A stretch of 64,000 nt of DNA from Antedon mediterranea (Eukaryota > Animalia > Echinodermata). Every line of letters begins with the position of its first letter. Position 1 is the first letter of the stretch. This document shows, in pieces, positions 12,110-26,000 of the stretch. The translations under genes were made by a program, and so were the position numbers. The DNA lies in contig NC_092673.1 of NCBI RefSeq assembly GCF_964355755.1, positions 3,782,001 through 3,846,000 of the forward strand. The letters are read 5' to 3'. The notes under the pieces were generated by a model. That model was given only the letters and a program-made list of their open reading frames with translations, was not told the DNA's origin and ran no database searches.

Positions 12110-12295
12110 GTTAACAGTCTGAAACCAGTGACCTGGTTAACAGTCAGAAATCAGTGACCTGGTTGACAGTCAGAAATCAGTGACCTGGTTGACAGTCAGA
12201 AACCAGTGACCTGGTTGACAGTCAGAAACCAGTGACCTGGTTTACAGTCAGAAACCAGTGACCTGGTTGACAGTCAGAAACCAGTAAAGGGTTAA
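12110..12295 (+). repeat. 26-bp minisatellite, about 7 copies, just downstream of the NSMCE4A stop
   Basis: Unit GTTGACAGTCAGAAACCAGTGACCTG. Confidence 0.9.
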
Positions 12296-13213
12296 AGGTC
12301 AGGGGGTAGTCTATATTGACTGATCAGGTAACATTTTGTACACAATTTGAGTAGTTGTTGGTAATGTATTGAGAGGATGTGATCGTGAAAACTTTTACAA
12401 TTATATATAATCGTTTATATTTAATCATTTAATTTTATATATTATATAAAATTATTACATTTTGTCTTTCAATAGGTATTTCTGTAATTAACATAGCTTT
12501 TAAATGGTTAGTCTAGCAAGTGCATGCCAATGTTTCTGCATGCCAATGTTTCTGCATGCCTTTTTCAATGTGTACATTCCACCGATGCATTATTGTTTTT
12601 AGTGTTTGTTTGTATGTATGTATGTATTTTTTTTTTAGTTGGTCTCTGGTATAATCTTCATGGCTTTGTATGCAAGAATATACAGTACATGTTTAAAAAA
12701 TCATTCTATATTTTTACGATGAAAGTAAATGAATTTATACCGGTTTAAAAGCTAGTAGTAGTGATTTATTTGAGTGTATAACATTCACAGCATCTCAATA
12801 CCAACAAACTCATTGATACAAATGTCGTCATTCGTGTTCGGTGCTAGTATTCTTCAAACTATCCTTTTTAAAATGATTTGTCAACTAGTTAGGTCTTTTT
12901 TATTTTTAATTACCAATGTTTTGTCTCAAGCATGTTTAATGGTATAGACACAATACATCTGTATAGGATTGATATAAGGTAATTCAACCAAAGACAAAAA
13001 TTAACCCAAGACAACTGAGCTATTCCAAATATCTGGTTTAAGGTTGGTTCCTGCAAGAAAAATGCAAGCGAGTTGACCAATCACAAGCAACAGTTTGGAT
13101 GATCCATTGTGGTGTGATTGGTCAACTTGCGTTGTTGAGTCCAAGTGGAAACCAAGCTTTAGGAAAAGTTTCGTAACAATTAATTCATTGAGTTCTGTAA
13201 TACCAAGGCAATG

Positions 13214-13410
13214 TAACAGGACACTGAGTACAACTTGCCAAGATAGGAACTTGTAATCAGTCCTTATGTCTGGCTGCCAAAAATACCAACAATACTGTAC
13301 TATGTACATATTCTCCATGGCGTGTAGTGTCTGTTAAGTGGCGTGAAACTGATTATAATGCAGCCACAGATAAGCCCTTTGATCTCCAGAGCTGTTAGAT
13401 TGCCTTGGTA
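13214..13410. repeat. Dispersed repeat (second copy about 34343-34505)
   Basis: Shared AACAGGACACTGAG..CTTGCCAAGATAGGAACT..CAGCCACAGATAA.CCCTTTGATCTC. Confidence 0.6.
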
Positions 13411-13761
13411 ATACAAAGTTTTTAATTGTATCTTTGTATAATCTGACTATAAAAATATTGTATAACACATACATTCAACCAAATAACTAAATACAGTTTT
13501 TTCATTTTTGTAAAATAAATGATTTCTAAACAAAGTTATATATTGTGTTTATTATTTCAGAAGGTTGATTTTAAATATCTTCATAATTTGAACTAAATTA
13601 ACTAAAATCAAGGTGGGGTCTGATTATTATTATTATTATTATTACCGCCTAATAAAGATGGGAGTCAGTAAAAGTATTATCCCTGGATGTACCTACATTT
13701 TTATGTATTATTGACAAATATATTCTGTGTCTTTACCACACTGCTGTGGATGACAAAATGT

Positions 13762-15292
13762 GGCGCTAGTTCCGTTTCGCACCTGTCGTTTATTTTGACT
13801 CAAAATTGGTCAAGTAACTTTATCGTGAGTACCACACCTTAGAATTAGGCCTCAAAAATATTTTTACGAAGGAGATCACACAAAAAGTAAAAAATAAATC
13901 CTTTAAAGACCCCTTCCCTGCAATTTTGGACGTTTTTTGGAAAATAATACATATATATCACTTAAAAAAACATTAAACCATGTCATTCCTTGTCTTAAAT
14001 GTACGTTTTATGGTAAATTATGATAAAAAGTGAGAAACAATGCACTACCTAAGTAGCTCGCGGCGATCGAACTCTCGTGGACGGTCTCAGGCCTAGCCTA
14101 GCTAGGCTTAGTTTTGTAGGCCTAGCTGGTAAACATCGGTAACGTACGAACATCGTACGCTAGCTATATACCTAGCCTGACGTTGTATAGTTGCTGCATT
14201 AATTATCTTTCTATTTTTGCCAGACTCCGTTGATACAAATTGGGGAACACCCGGTATTTTCGCTGAAAAGTTAGGAGTCTTCCATTTGTTTTGGCTTCAC
14301 GATCGATCGAAAAGTGGGCGAATTACAGGTGAAAAACAAAAATATCAATCCGCGCGCAATGCATTTTGGGATTTATAGCGGGCCGCTATAATTATTAAAA
14401 TCGATTTATTTTTCACATTTTTAACCGTTTAAAGACGAAAAAAGTTATCGCAATAGGACCATATAGTATTATTTTTACATTAAATATAGTTTGTGATCTT
14501 AAATTAGATCTAAAAAACGTAGGGAATGGGGCTTTAAATTGATGAATTTACAGACGTGTTTCTCGCACATCGGTTCGTGAATTTCGCATACTCTATGTTC
14601 AATGTTGTTGTTTCTATGGAGCGCCAAGAGAGCAATCATAATAGAGGGCTAAAAACTCAATAAATTGCGTATATTTAATGCATTTATTGGTGAAAATTAC
14701 GTTCAATTTTATCATATTTTGTCAATGTCTATGCAACAAAAATATTATTGTTGATACTATACATGTTTTTTGCAGGAAGTTTTAGGAATGAAAATCGACA
14801 AATTCATCATCATATTACATGTACTGTAGGGGTATACCTGATCTAAATAATATTCCTCTTAGTCTTAGTCTTACTCTTAGGTCTAGGGTTGGTTGCTATT
14901 TGAAAACAGCAAATTATTAGCAGTAAAATGTTACAGCATTTTTATTGACAAAATATATTAAAATTAAACGTGTATTTCAATAATAAATGCATTAAAAGAA
15001 GACGCATTCCACTGAGTTTTTAACCATCTATTGACATTGTTGTTGCTCTTTTGGCGCTCCATAGAAACGAAAATATTGAGCTTTGAGTATGCTAAATTCG
15101 CGAACGGTATGCGAGAAACATGTCTGTAAAATCATCAATTTAAGGATTTATTAGTTACTTTTTATGTGATTCTTCTTCATAAAAGTACTTATGAGGCCCA
15201 ATTTTAAGGTGTGGTATTCACGATAAGTTGCTTAATAATTTGGAGTCAAAAGGGAGTCGAAATAAAAACAGGTGCGAAACGGAACTAGCGCC
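13762..15292. mobile_element. Foldback DNA element with long imperfect TIRs, 8-bp TSD (Merlin- or Mutator-like)
   Basis: TIR GGCGCTAGTTCCGTTTCGCACCTGT; inverted similarity continues for several hundred bp; TSD CAAAATGT (13754-13761, 15293-15300); GG..CC ends. Confidence 0.8.
13907..14533. mobile_element. Kolobok-like MITE nested in the foldback element
   Basis: TTAA TSD; TIR AGACCCCTTCCCT / AGGGAATGGGGCT; inverted partial copy at about 39553-39920. Confidence 0.7.
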
Positions 15293-15626
15293 CAAAATGT
15301 AGTGATATTTCAGAAAATTGTATAATAATGAGTGTACCACCATTATTGGGTAACAAGAGGGTTAAAATCAAAGATCACACACCCTCGTAAAATGTGGTTA
15401 TTTGGTTAGGAGATGTTATAGACGGCTTTTTGCTTAATATTCGTAAAAAGAACAACATTTTGGCACATGTAATGTGTCAGACCTACAGTATATGAACTGG
15501 AATCGTCAATTGAACTGAACTTTGCGGTAAATAACCATACTTACCAAACATAATGAATTACCTAACTTTCGCAAAAACTTTTTTAGCATAAAATAAAATT
15601 AGTTGGTACTACCATATTTGGTATAA

Positions 15627-16878
15627 GGCCAAATAAAAAAAAATACTTGTTAAGCGTCACACCCTCATAAATTTTCAGGGGCGGGGGGACGGTTTTTTTT
15701 TTTTTTTTTTACTTTTTATGGAGGAATATTTTTGCGCGATGGACGTTTTGGCCGACTTTTTTTTAGGACGAAACGTCAAACTTTTAAAATGCGAAACAGA
15801 ACAAAATTGACTATGTATGAAAATTGAGTTTTGTATTGTTTATATCCAGACGTAATTAAAACATTAAATTTAATTGCCACCGAGCGAAATTGTAGGCCCT
15901 AGGCTAATCCGTCCAAGCTGCCACCCCCGCCTCACTCATCGGCCATGGTCCGCCGTCTCTCGCTCGACTCATCTATCCAGGAAATTCCCTATCGCGAGAA
16001 GCATGATGTTGGTCTCAATAATAGTATACTAAATAGTGGGCTGATTTTGAAAACAGCTTACGGCATTTCTTAAGTGAATTTTTATTCAACGTATTCATTC
16101 TTCTTTGATGAATCCTTTGCCAATTGCTGTGTAAATCAGTATTTAAAGTTGTAATGCGAAAAGTGTGTGTAATTATTCCACAGGTAAACCAGGCATAAGA
16201 AAACCCATCGCCCAACAGGACCTCGTGGTGTGCCGATCTCGAGCGCGAGAACATCGTAAACAAAATTGGTAGAGTCCATTATGTATGGGGTGTTTCCTAT
16301 TTACGAACCTATAAAAAACGCGCTTCGACGACCACGGTGTAGGCAAAATATTTATTTCGTTAAATCCCTAAATTGATAATCGTGTATTCTGTAATCACGT
16401 GACTGATGATGTAATCCTCAGCGACGTACTAAATGCACATGATTTAATGTGTTGGGGAAAAAGCTTGCTGTTTACCACATTACATGATTCGCGGTGCTAT
16501 TCGCGTTTCCTTGACGTAAATCGGCGGCGTGTAAATATAATGAAACAATTGTTTTCACCAAATTGCCGTTGTCGACATAGGCCTAGAGCGATCGGTGGCT
16601 AGCTAGCGTGACTAAGCTAAGAAGTACGTATTTTTCAAAAAATTACACCAGCCTAGCAAACATTTGCTAGTTTTGAAATTTTCAACTAGCAATTATGAAG
16701 AATCTACTAGCAAAATGCTAGTTTGCTAGCGTGAATTTTGAGCCCTGCTCTGGAGCTAGGCCAGGCCGCTGAACTTTCCGTTGTATATGGGTAAAAAAAA
16801 AATAAAAATAAAAAGAGAGGCGGCTGGATAATCAGGAGCGGGCGCTGACGCTTAACAAGTATGTTTTTTTATTTGGCC
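15627..16878. mobile_element. PIF/Harbinger-like non-autonomous element (1.25 kb)
   Basis: TIR GGCCAAATAAAAAAAA..TACTTGTTAAGCGTCA at both ends; TAA TSD. Confidence 0.75.
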
Positions 16879-17057
16879 TAATTGCTGATTTTTTTTCATA
16901 CATACTATTATTTCTTGTTATATTTTTATTTAAAAAAAATTGAGCTGAACAGAAAATGTTTTGAATTTTGCTATAAGCACAGAACGAATACATTCAATTT
17001 TTTATAGTTAATTTAATCAATAACAATGCCGTTACAGCAATAGATAGTTAATTGTAT

Positions 17058-20000
17058 TTAAGCTGAAGGCTTCTGCCATGGTTTTCGATCAACGCCCTTA
17101 TTTCCTGGGGTGTGCGTGTAACGGCAGCTGTCTCCAAATGCGCATCCAGTTGTTCTCCAAAAGTAACATTCGTTGCCATTCACCGGTCCCTTCACCTTTG
17201 TTTTATCGATCTCCGTAACAGTACTGAAAAAAGATGACATGCAATAGTGATTTTTGATTGGTTCGTATTAAAAATTTACTAGAGATTTTTATAGTCAAGA
17301 CAGCGCAGGAAATTGGTTTGCATACAATTAGCACACATCAAGTTTGCTCATTTAAATTCAGGTCTCAAATCTAACAAAATTCTGGATTACTTCTTCACAT
17401 ATTATAAACCAACCACCTCTAAAACTGTCCCCTTAGGCTTGATGTGACTGACGCTTGTGATTGGTCAACTCACTTGCATTGGGTCTATGCCATCGTGTTA
17501 CATCCAAGTAGAAACTAAGTATGTGTATGCTTTACATTTGGGTGCTCTATACAAAAAAAAAACCTTGGACCTACCTTGGTTTTGTAACCACCTCAACTTT
17601 CTGTGGCTGAGGCTTAAATTGAGTTTTCTGCATTGGTTTACTTGCAGCTACGGGTGCTGTGGGCTTCACATTTTTTCGTATTATTGTTGTTCTAGGCTGA
17701 CCAGACACAATTGGATTGTCTGGAAATTTGATGAGTAGCTGGCGCCCGTGAAAATCTTTTCCTTGGAGTTTTTCTAAAGCTGTACTTGCCGATAACGCAT
17801 TCTTGAAATTCACAAAAGCACAGAATTTTTCAGGCAGCATACGAACACTTGTAACTGGACCCCACCTGGAATTTAAAAATGTTGAAATGAATATTGTAAA
17901 TGGAGTTATTATTACAATATTAGGGAGCTTTCAATTTATGACTAACATCTAACATATTTCATTTTTTATTTATTTAATTTCAATTCACAATCAACAGCAG
18001 GGAGCTCGCCCTTTACAGACTAGAATACATAAAAAAACAAGACAAAAGAACATCGACAAGGTCCACAAGAACCAATTACAAACCAACTCTTAATTTTCTA
18101 TTTAAATAAAGATAAACAATTAAAGAAAATATCAATAGTGAATTAAGTAATCTCGGTAATCTACAAGTAATACAAGTGAAAATTATTATTTATTCACGAA
18201 AAAAACAATACAAAGCATAGCCTACATATTACACTACATTACACTATATATTATATTTTATTTACAGGTAAATACTAGTATTATTTAGTATGTCAATTCA
18301 AATAAACAAAATATTCTTGTGCACTTACTGTGAAAATAATTCTTCTAAAATTTTTTGTGTGACTGTTGATTGAACATTTCCAATCCACAATGACGTTAAA
18401 TTTTCAGGGTTGCGTGAACTATCAAAAAAATAAATCATAAAAAAATGATTACAGTGACATCGTAAACTGGAAGAATTTTATAGTACTGTTTAGTTTAGTT
18501 TCAGTTTTATTTCACACAACATATTACAATATGCATACATTTGTACTTATAAATAATAATAAAACAATTGATTGTGTGTGGAGATTACAATAAGTCTGAA
18601 CCTCCAGATAAAACAAACAATAAATATTGTGATGACATCGTGAGGTAATTTTCCGTCGTGAGGTAATTTCCCGATTGATCGTAATCAAAACAGTACTGGG
18701 GTTGGTCAACTAGCGTTCCTGCTCCCAACAAGTACATCCATTCATAGAAGCCTTAATGAAGTAAGCCTACCTGGTGGTGGCCATAGAACGGTCCCGAGAT
18801 AACGACTATACTTCGGCTTTAGTCGATAGAAGATTGAAAAAAATTGTTAGAGATAGAGTATACGATGTTTGATTATGTGTAAATGTGTGATTTGTTCTTT
18901 TATTCAAATGATGTTCTGCATAAGGAAACGGAGATAGTAGTTGGGTATAATGATTTTTTATATCAATTAATTAAATTATCATAGATTGTATATTATGCGA
19001 TAAATATTGTTTAATAAATTTTTGATATATTTATTATTATTATAATATTAATAAAAAGATATTTGTTAGTATAAATTTTAAAAATATAGATATAAGGAAG
19101 AAAAGCAAAGAGATTATGGAGCGTCTGTACCAGAATATACAACACTAAGTATTGTAAAGTTAATATAGGCCTACTAAACAATTTAGGTGATCTTGTCAAT
19201 TACCTCACGACTGAAATAAGCAATTAGAAAAACCATACAAGATATGCATTTCAAATAAGCAAAATAAAAAAACAAAAACAACAACAAAACTTTAATGCAT
19301 AACTGTACGTATGCATTGGTAAAAATTCAACAATATTTACTCTTGTCTATTTTCTGTAAGTGTTTGTGCTAAGTAGTCCTCTTCATCAGATATATATATG
19401 TCCTCTTCGGTTTCTGTAGTTTGCGGTACAATTCCACTGAGAAGAGAATCTAACGCCGCTTGTACCGACGTATATTGACGAATTGCTGCTTCACTTTGTT
19501 GTCTTGAAAAACCCATTTCCTAGGAAATAGAAACATAATCAAACAAAAGAAAGCACTCAGAAACTGAGTGAAGTACTTGCCCAAATATTGCCACAGAGGG
19601 TGCATGTTAATGCTAAGTGTACACAATATTTGTTTTTTGTTTTTAGTAATGCATGTTACAAATCTGCAACATAACTTGTGATAACCAACTATTCCCTTCA
19701 TTCAAACAACGTAACATGTTTCAAGTAAAAAGATTGATGAATAAATTAAACCTTTTTTTTAAATAGACTGTACTGAGCATGGCCCAACAAAATTAAAATT
19801 GACATATCTTACAATAAGTTGGTGAGTTCTAACACGAATCAGTTCTTGAACAGCGTCATCACACTCTTTATCAAGTTTTAAAACATGTTCAAATGCTGCT
19901 TCTGCATCAGAATATAACTGAAGAGAAAATTGAAATAGAAAAATAATCAATGAATATCAATCAATCAATGTCAATCAATCAATCAATGTCAATCAATAAA

Positions 20001-23000
20001 TGTCAATCAATGAATATCAATCAATGAATATTAATCACTAAATGTCAATCAATGAATGTCAATCAATGAATATCAATCAATGAATATCAATCAATGAATA
20101 TCAATCAATGAATATCAATCAATGAATATCAATTAATGAATACCAATCAATGAATATCAATCAATGAATATCAATAAATGAATGTCAATCAATGAATATC
20201 AATCAATGAATATCAATCAATGAATATCAATCAATGAATATCAATCAATGAATATCAATCAATGAAATTCAAACAATGAATATCAATCAATGAATGTCAA
20301 TCAATTAATATTAATTAATGAATATCAATCAATCAATATCAATCAATGAATATCAATCAATAAATATCAATCAATAAATGTCAATTAATGAATATTAATG
20401 AATATCAATCAATGAATATCAATCAATGAATATCAATTAATGAATATCAATCAATGAAATTCAAACAATGAATGTCAATCAATGAATATTAATCAATGGA
20501 TGGCAATCAATGAATATCAATCAATGAATATCAATCAATAAATATCAATCAATAAATGTCAATTAATGAATATTAATGAATATTAATCAATAAATGTCAA
20601 TCAATGAATATTAATCAATGAATATAAATCCATGAATATCAATCAATCTCAATCAATGAATATCAATCTCAATCAATGAATATCAATCAATCTCAATCAA
20701 TGAATGAATATCAATGAATATCAAACAATCAATCAATAAATTTAAATCTAAAACAATCAATCAATATTAATCAACCTCAATCAATCAAAACCAATAAACA
20801 ATAACAAGCATGTCCTCCTTTACAAAACAATTTATGATAAAATTAAAATATTTTCTTTATTAACCAAGAAAATTTAGATAATATGGCAAGAAATACAGGA
20901 CTTGAATAATTTTCAATGCATAACAATTATTACAGATGCATTTCTATATCTACAGGTTTCGTTTGTAATGTCAACGACAAAATGTTATTCTTAATTGATA
21001 CCTTATGAGAAAATTGGATAAAACTTACTTTTAAACCAGCGAGGGCTCTTCCTTTTCTAAAATAACCTTTCGGCCAATCTTTATTCAGCTGAATTGCTTT
21101 TTTCGCATCTTCTAATGCTCTTTAAGAATTAAAAATAAACTAGTTATCAACATTTATTATTTATTTTCAGACGAAATTAAAAACATTTGTAATGAATGTA
21201 AAAGCTATAGTATAACCGAGAATATTGAGTCTATAGGTCGCTCAAATAGTCCTTCAGGAAGAAAGTGTCTTTAATAGAGTGTCCACTGAATAGGTGTTGG
21301 CCAATATATTGGCCATTGTTCGTTTCATGTCCCCTTAATATGTGTACCAAAAAAGAGGTTCTATTGTAATTAAATGAAATTTTCAGAAATATAAAAAGCA
21401 ACTTACTTATCATGTTGGCCTATTCGGTCATAACAAAATGATCTATTACCAAAAAACCTATAAAAACAATTGACAAAATAACATCCACAAATAGAAGTAA
21501 TGGAGGAATAAACCTTGAAATTTCTATAAAAACCTATAAAATTTATTTTCATATGATCATAAAATCAAACACACTAAAAACCATGTAGACAGCTATTAAC
21601 TGTTATGTATCTTTTATGTACAGATATAAAACCAATAGGTTGGTTAAGCTTGGTTCCCTTTAGAACGTAACGCAAGGACGTAAACGCAACGCAAGTGGCT
21701 TGTCATTGGTCAATTCACTTGCGTTGCGTTACGTCCTTGCGTTGCGTCGCTAGTGGGAACCACGCTTTAGGGCTTGAGGACTTTTTCTAAGGTATTTGTA
21801 ACGAAACCCAAATGTTATACCGAAAAAATAAATTTAAATGGATTTAAAAGGTCAACTATTTTTTGTTTATGAATACTCATCTGTTTAAACAAAATAGACA
21901 GCATTCACAAACTATTAGCATCAAATTTAGAAATAAACTCACCTAAAATCTTTTGAATCTAGATTAATAGCCTCTGTAAATAATTGAATAGCATCGGAAT
22001 ATAATCCTTGATTTGCCATCTCATTTCCTTTTACTACAAACAAAAATAAAGCCATTAACTATTGTTAATAAGTCGCCTAGTATTTATTCTGATTTATTAC
22101 ATTTTAGAATTATTTATTTACAACAAGAAGACAAATTCATCAATTGCACTTAACTGAGTTATTCCCTTGAGTATTTCACTTAAGTCAGTAAATAATTTCC
22201 CTCACGTCGTATTCATGGTGTGAATGGTGAATACTCAATGGACCTTTTCAACCATGTGACAACATAAAAAGGTCAAAGTTTAACAAAACATGTAACAGGT
22301 AATATATTATTAAAGATTTGAGAAATAACCTTACCAGCAACTTTTCTGCTTTTAAGAACAACAGGATCCATCCCTTCAATACTTTCACCTTGATCCTTGG
22401 ATTTTTTATCTTTCTTTTTAGTTGTAGTCGTTGTGGTGGTTATCTTTTTTGTAGCGGTTGCTGCAGCCCGTGTAAAAAAAGCACTGTGCGTATCCCAGCC
22501 TTGGCCTTCTTCATCACTGGGCCCAGTATTACCATGTGAATCCAGTCTACAAAAAACAAATGGTTCATGTCAAATGAATGATATGGATATAGATGTTTAT
22601 TTTCCCTCGACATAATAAGCAGAAACCTAGAAGATACCATGAAAGGGTGTACAACCAGAAATAGAGTAGAACCCTCCCTTTCTGGAAACCCTACCTTCCT
22701 GTGAAATGAATGTGGGGCAATGCATATTTTAACCCTATAAGGCGACGCTTTGTTGGAGGGTCCCAAAACTGTCCACCTAGGGGTGCTATTATTAATAACT
22801 GTCCACCTAGGGGTGCTATTATTAATAACTGTCCACCTAGGGGTGCTATTATTAATAACTGTCCACCTAGGGGTGCTATTATTAATAACTGTCAACCTAG
22901 GGGTGCTATTATTAATAACTGTCCATCTAGGGGTGCTATTATTAATAACTGTCAACCTAGGGGTGCTATTATTAATAACTGTCCACCTAGGGGTGCTATT

Positions 23001-26000
23001 ATTAATATAAACTTACTTTTTATTTGTTGGGTCTTTTTTAATTTTGGGTTTTTGTTGATTTTGTTCTACATTTTCTTTTGTTGTATTTTTCTTGTCTGTA
23101 TATTTTTTATTTTCAGCTGTTTTTGATGATTCCGTTTCATCTAATCTTTCACTCTGAAAAGAAAGAAAACATCCTTACAAGAATAATAAAGATTGTATTG
23201 TATCTGGGAACGATCTAAACATGTATCTTGGTGGTGGTTTAGTGGGTAAGGCACTCTCCCTATAAGAAAGAGGTTGCATGTTCAGATCCCAAAATAAAAT
23301 CTTTATAACTTTTAACTTTCTGTTGAAGATCCTATAAACAAAGAATTGATAATTTGTACCCTGTCACCAATTAAACACTGCTCTTCTGTTGCCTTATTCA
23401 AAAAATTGCTCAAAACTTATTTTTTCGACTACTAACATGCATAGCATCTTTGATTTTGTACCTCGATCTTTGAATTGATGCTTTAATTTTGATATAATAA
23501 TAAATAATAATCACAATTTGATTCAAAGAATAAGAACAAGAACTAACATAGTTATTTTCAGTTGCTATATAAGATTCTTCGTTCTTTTTCTCTGCTATAT
23601 TTTCATTTATTTTTTCTCCACTATCTGTATTTTTTGCCTTTTCATTAGTTCCTTTTTCTATTCGTTTTTTCTCTTTCTGTCTTTTTTTCTTTGCTTTTTT
23701 CTTTTCTCTTTGTTTCCGTTGTTTTTCCTCTTCTTTTACCAGTTCATCTGCATTTTTTCTTGCTTCCTAATAAAATGAGAGAGAGAAACTATATTTTAAA
23801 GTAATTATTTTATGAGAGCAATATGGTATGATGGCATGGGTCCGATACCTAACTGTGTCACGTTGCTTTATCCATGATACTCTAATATGTCTAATTGCCT
23901 CGTCCTTCGAATGGATCATAGGTCGTTGGTCATGTATAAATACAATGAACATGAACACGATAAAAGAATTTGATATTCTAAGCAAAAAGAGTAGGGCCTT
24001 GTCTCTTAGTATTCTGTTCATGGTAGGCACTGCACCGTGGTTACCATGGGTTTGTAGAGTACATAATCCAACATTTCCTCAGTTAAACTATCAACGATTA
24101 ATAATACATTTTCACAGATGACAACACAATTAGGGATGGTATTAAGCTTAAGGGAAATGTTAATGCATGAATAAAAAAAATTATATAGATGAACTAGAAA
24201 ACATAAATATATGTTCATATATATGGTTAGTTTTCAGTAAAAAAGTTTAAAGAAAAAGTAAAGTTTATTACTTACATCTTCTGAAGGGCGATTTTTTTTA
24301 ATAGTGACATTTTCATCGGTTTTATTTGTATATATTCCTCTTCCAGAGTTGTTTGCCAAGTAGTGAATGAACTGTAAATCATCATCATCTTCATTTAAAA
24401 AGTCAGAATCATTTGAATAATCACTGCCATCGTCAAAGTCATCGCTGTCGTAAAAATTGTTGAATCCTGTAGAAGAAAAAAAAACATATTTAATACCTTG
24501 TTTTTTTTTTTCGCAAATATGGGATGGACTTCTGTCTACCTTAGGCAAGATACTTTACTTACGTTTGCCTCTCTCCACCCAGGTGTATAAATTGGTACCC
24601 AGTTAGATCAAGACACAACTTTGCGCTGGTTACTAGCTGCATTATGGGAGTACTGTATGTTTCCATACGTGTGTGATGCAAAAAAATGGCCAGGGTAATA
24701 ATGTTCAGCGCTTAGAGGTTTCACAACATTAGGCGCTATATAAATCTAGGATATTATTATTATTATTATCTTGGTTCAGTAAATGTGCTCTTAATTTAGT
24801 TAATTTTTTAAGAGACTAAGAAATGGGTCACAAATATATTTATCTATTAATAGAAGAATAATGCCTTAAGCAATATTGAACCTCCTACAACTGTCAACTA
24901 ATATTTGCATACTACAGCAAATTCTGTATTTCTATGATATTCTACATCACTGCACACTGACTATGAAAAGAATGCCTCACAATTATAATGGGAAAAATTT
25001 CGAGAATTAGGTATTTTTGTGCTTGATACAACTAATCATTATCATGTTAGGGTATGTTCAGATCTATGGAGTTATGCTTTCGTATCGCAAGCAGTGTCAT
25101 ATTATAATTAACGTCGTAACAGAAAAGTGTTCAGATTTGCCTAACTAACGCTTTCGTTTCAAACTGAAGTGTCACCGATTTGGGCGAACATATGGTATGA
25201 TGCAGGAATAATTTTGATTGGTTAGCGGTCAAAATCGTTGATGCATGACTTTCGTATCGTAAGCGGCGTTCACTAATCTTGTACCTTGAGCTGTCGTAAC
25301 GAACGAAAGAGTAGTGTCGTATGAGGTGGCTTACACTAATCTTTTCCTGGTTCAGACCTATGGAGTTGTACGCCGCGTACAATACAAAAGTTTAACTCCG
25401 TAGGTCTGAACAGGCCCTTAGAGTAAAAGTTTAGATAGTATGTGGCATAGGTTAAAGGTTATCAATATTAAAACATCCTGTAGGATAAGATGATACCTTA
25501 GTATAATAGGTATAGAACTGTATGTTCATTAAAAGCTTTGTCTACACTATCAAAGTAGTTTGCCAAAAAAGTGTGATGTACCTAAATATGGTAGTGATAT
25601 GCCCAAATATAGTAGTGATATGACATCATCATGTCAATATATGGGCACATCACATTTTTGTTGTCACGTAATTGATAGTGTAGACAGAGCTTAATTGGTA
25701 TAAGCCTATGTTCATTAGAACACTTCTGTGTTTATAACGAACACTTTCATCTTCAACATATGTTGTACTTGCACTATATGCTTTGAGATGTATGTTATAC
25801 TATTGCAGTACAATTTCTTCTTTGGGACACCCTATTAGGTAAACTTTGGATTATGCTGATACTTTTCCATGGAAACTGAGAAGACACCTATATTAAAGAG
25901 ACACTTTGTTGACCTTTAAAGCTCAGGTAAAGGCATGAATTTTAAATATAATATTTGGTTAATTGTACATAAATCAAATATTTGTAACAGAAATCGAGAC

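Noticed and set aside
22440-23126. Repetitive ORFs (TVINNSTPRW / CPPRGAIINN / TVHLGVLLLI)
   Set aside because: Products of a 30-bp tandem repeat inside an intron.
23228-23290. tRNA-like sequence with A/B boxes
   Set aside because: No cloverleaf pairing; a degraded SINE head rather than a tRNA gene.
23518-23778. Hydrophobic Phe-rich + strand ORF
   Set aside because: Antisense shadow of the Lys/Glu-rich exon 6 of the TTC31-like gene.
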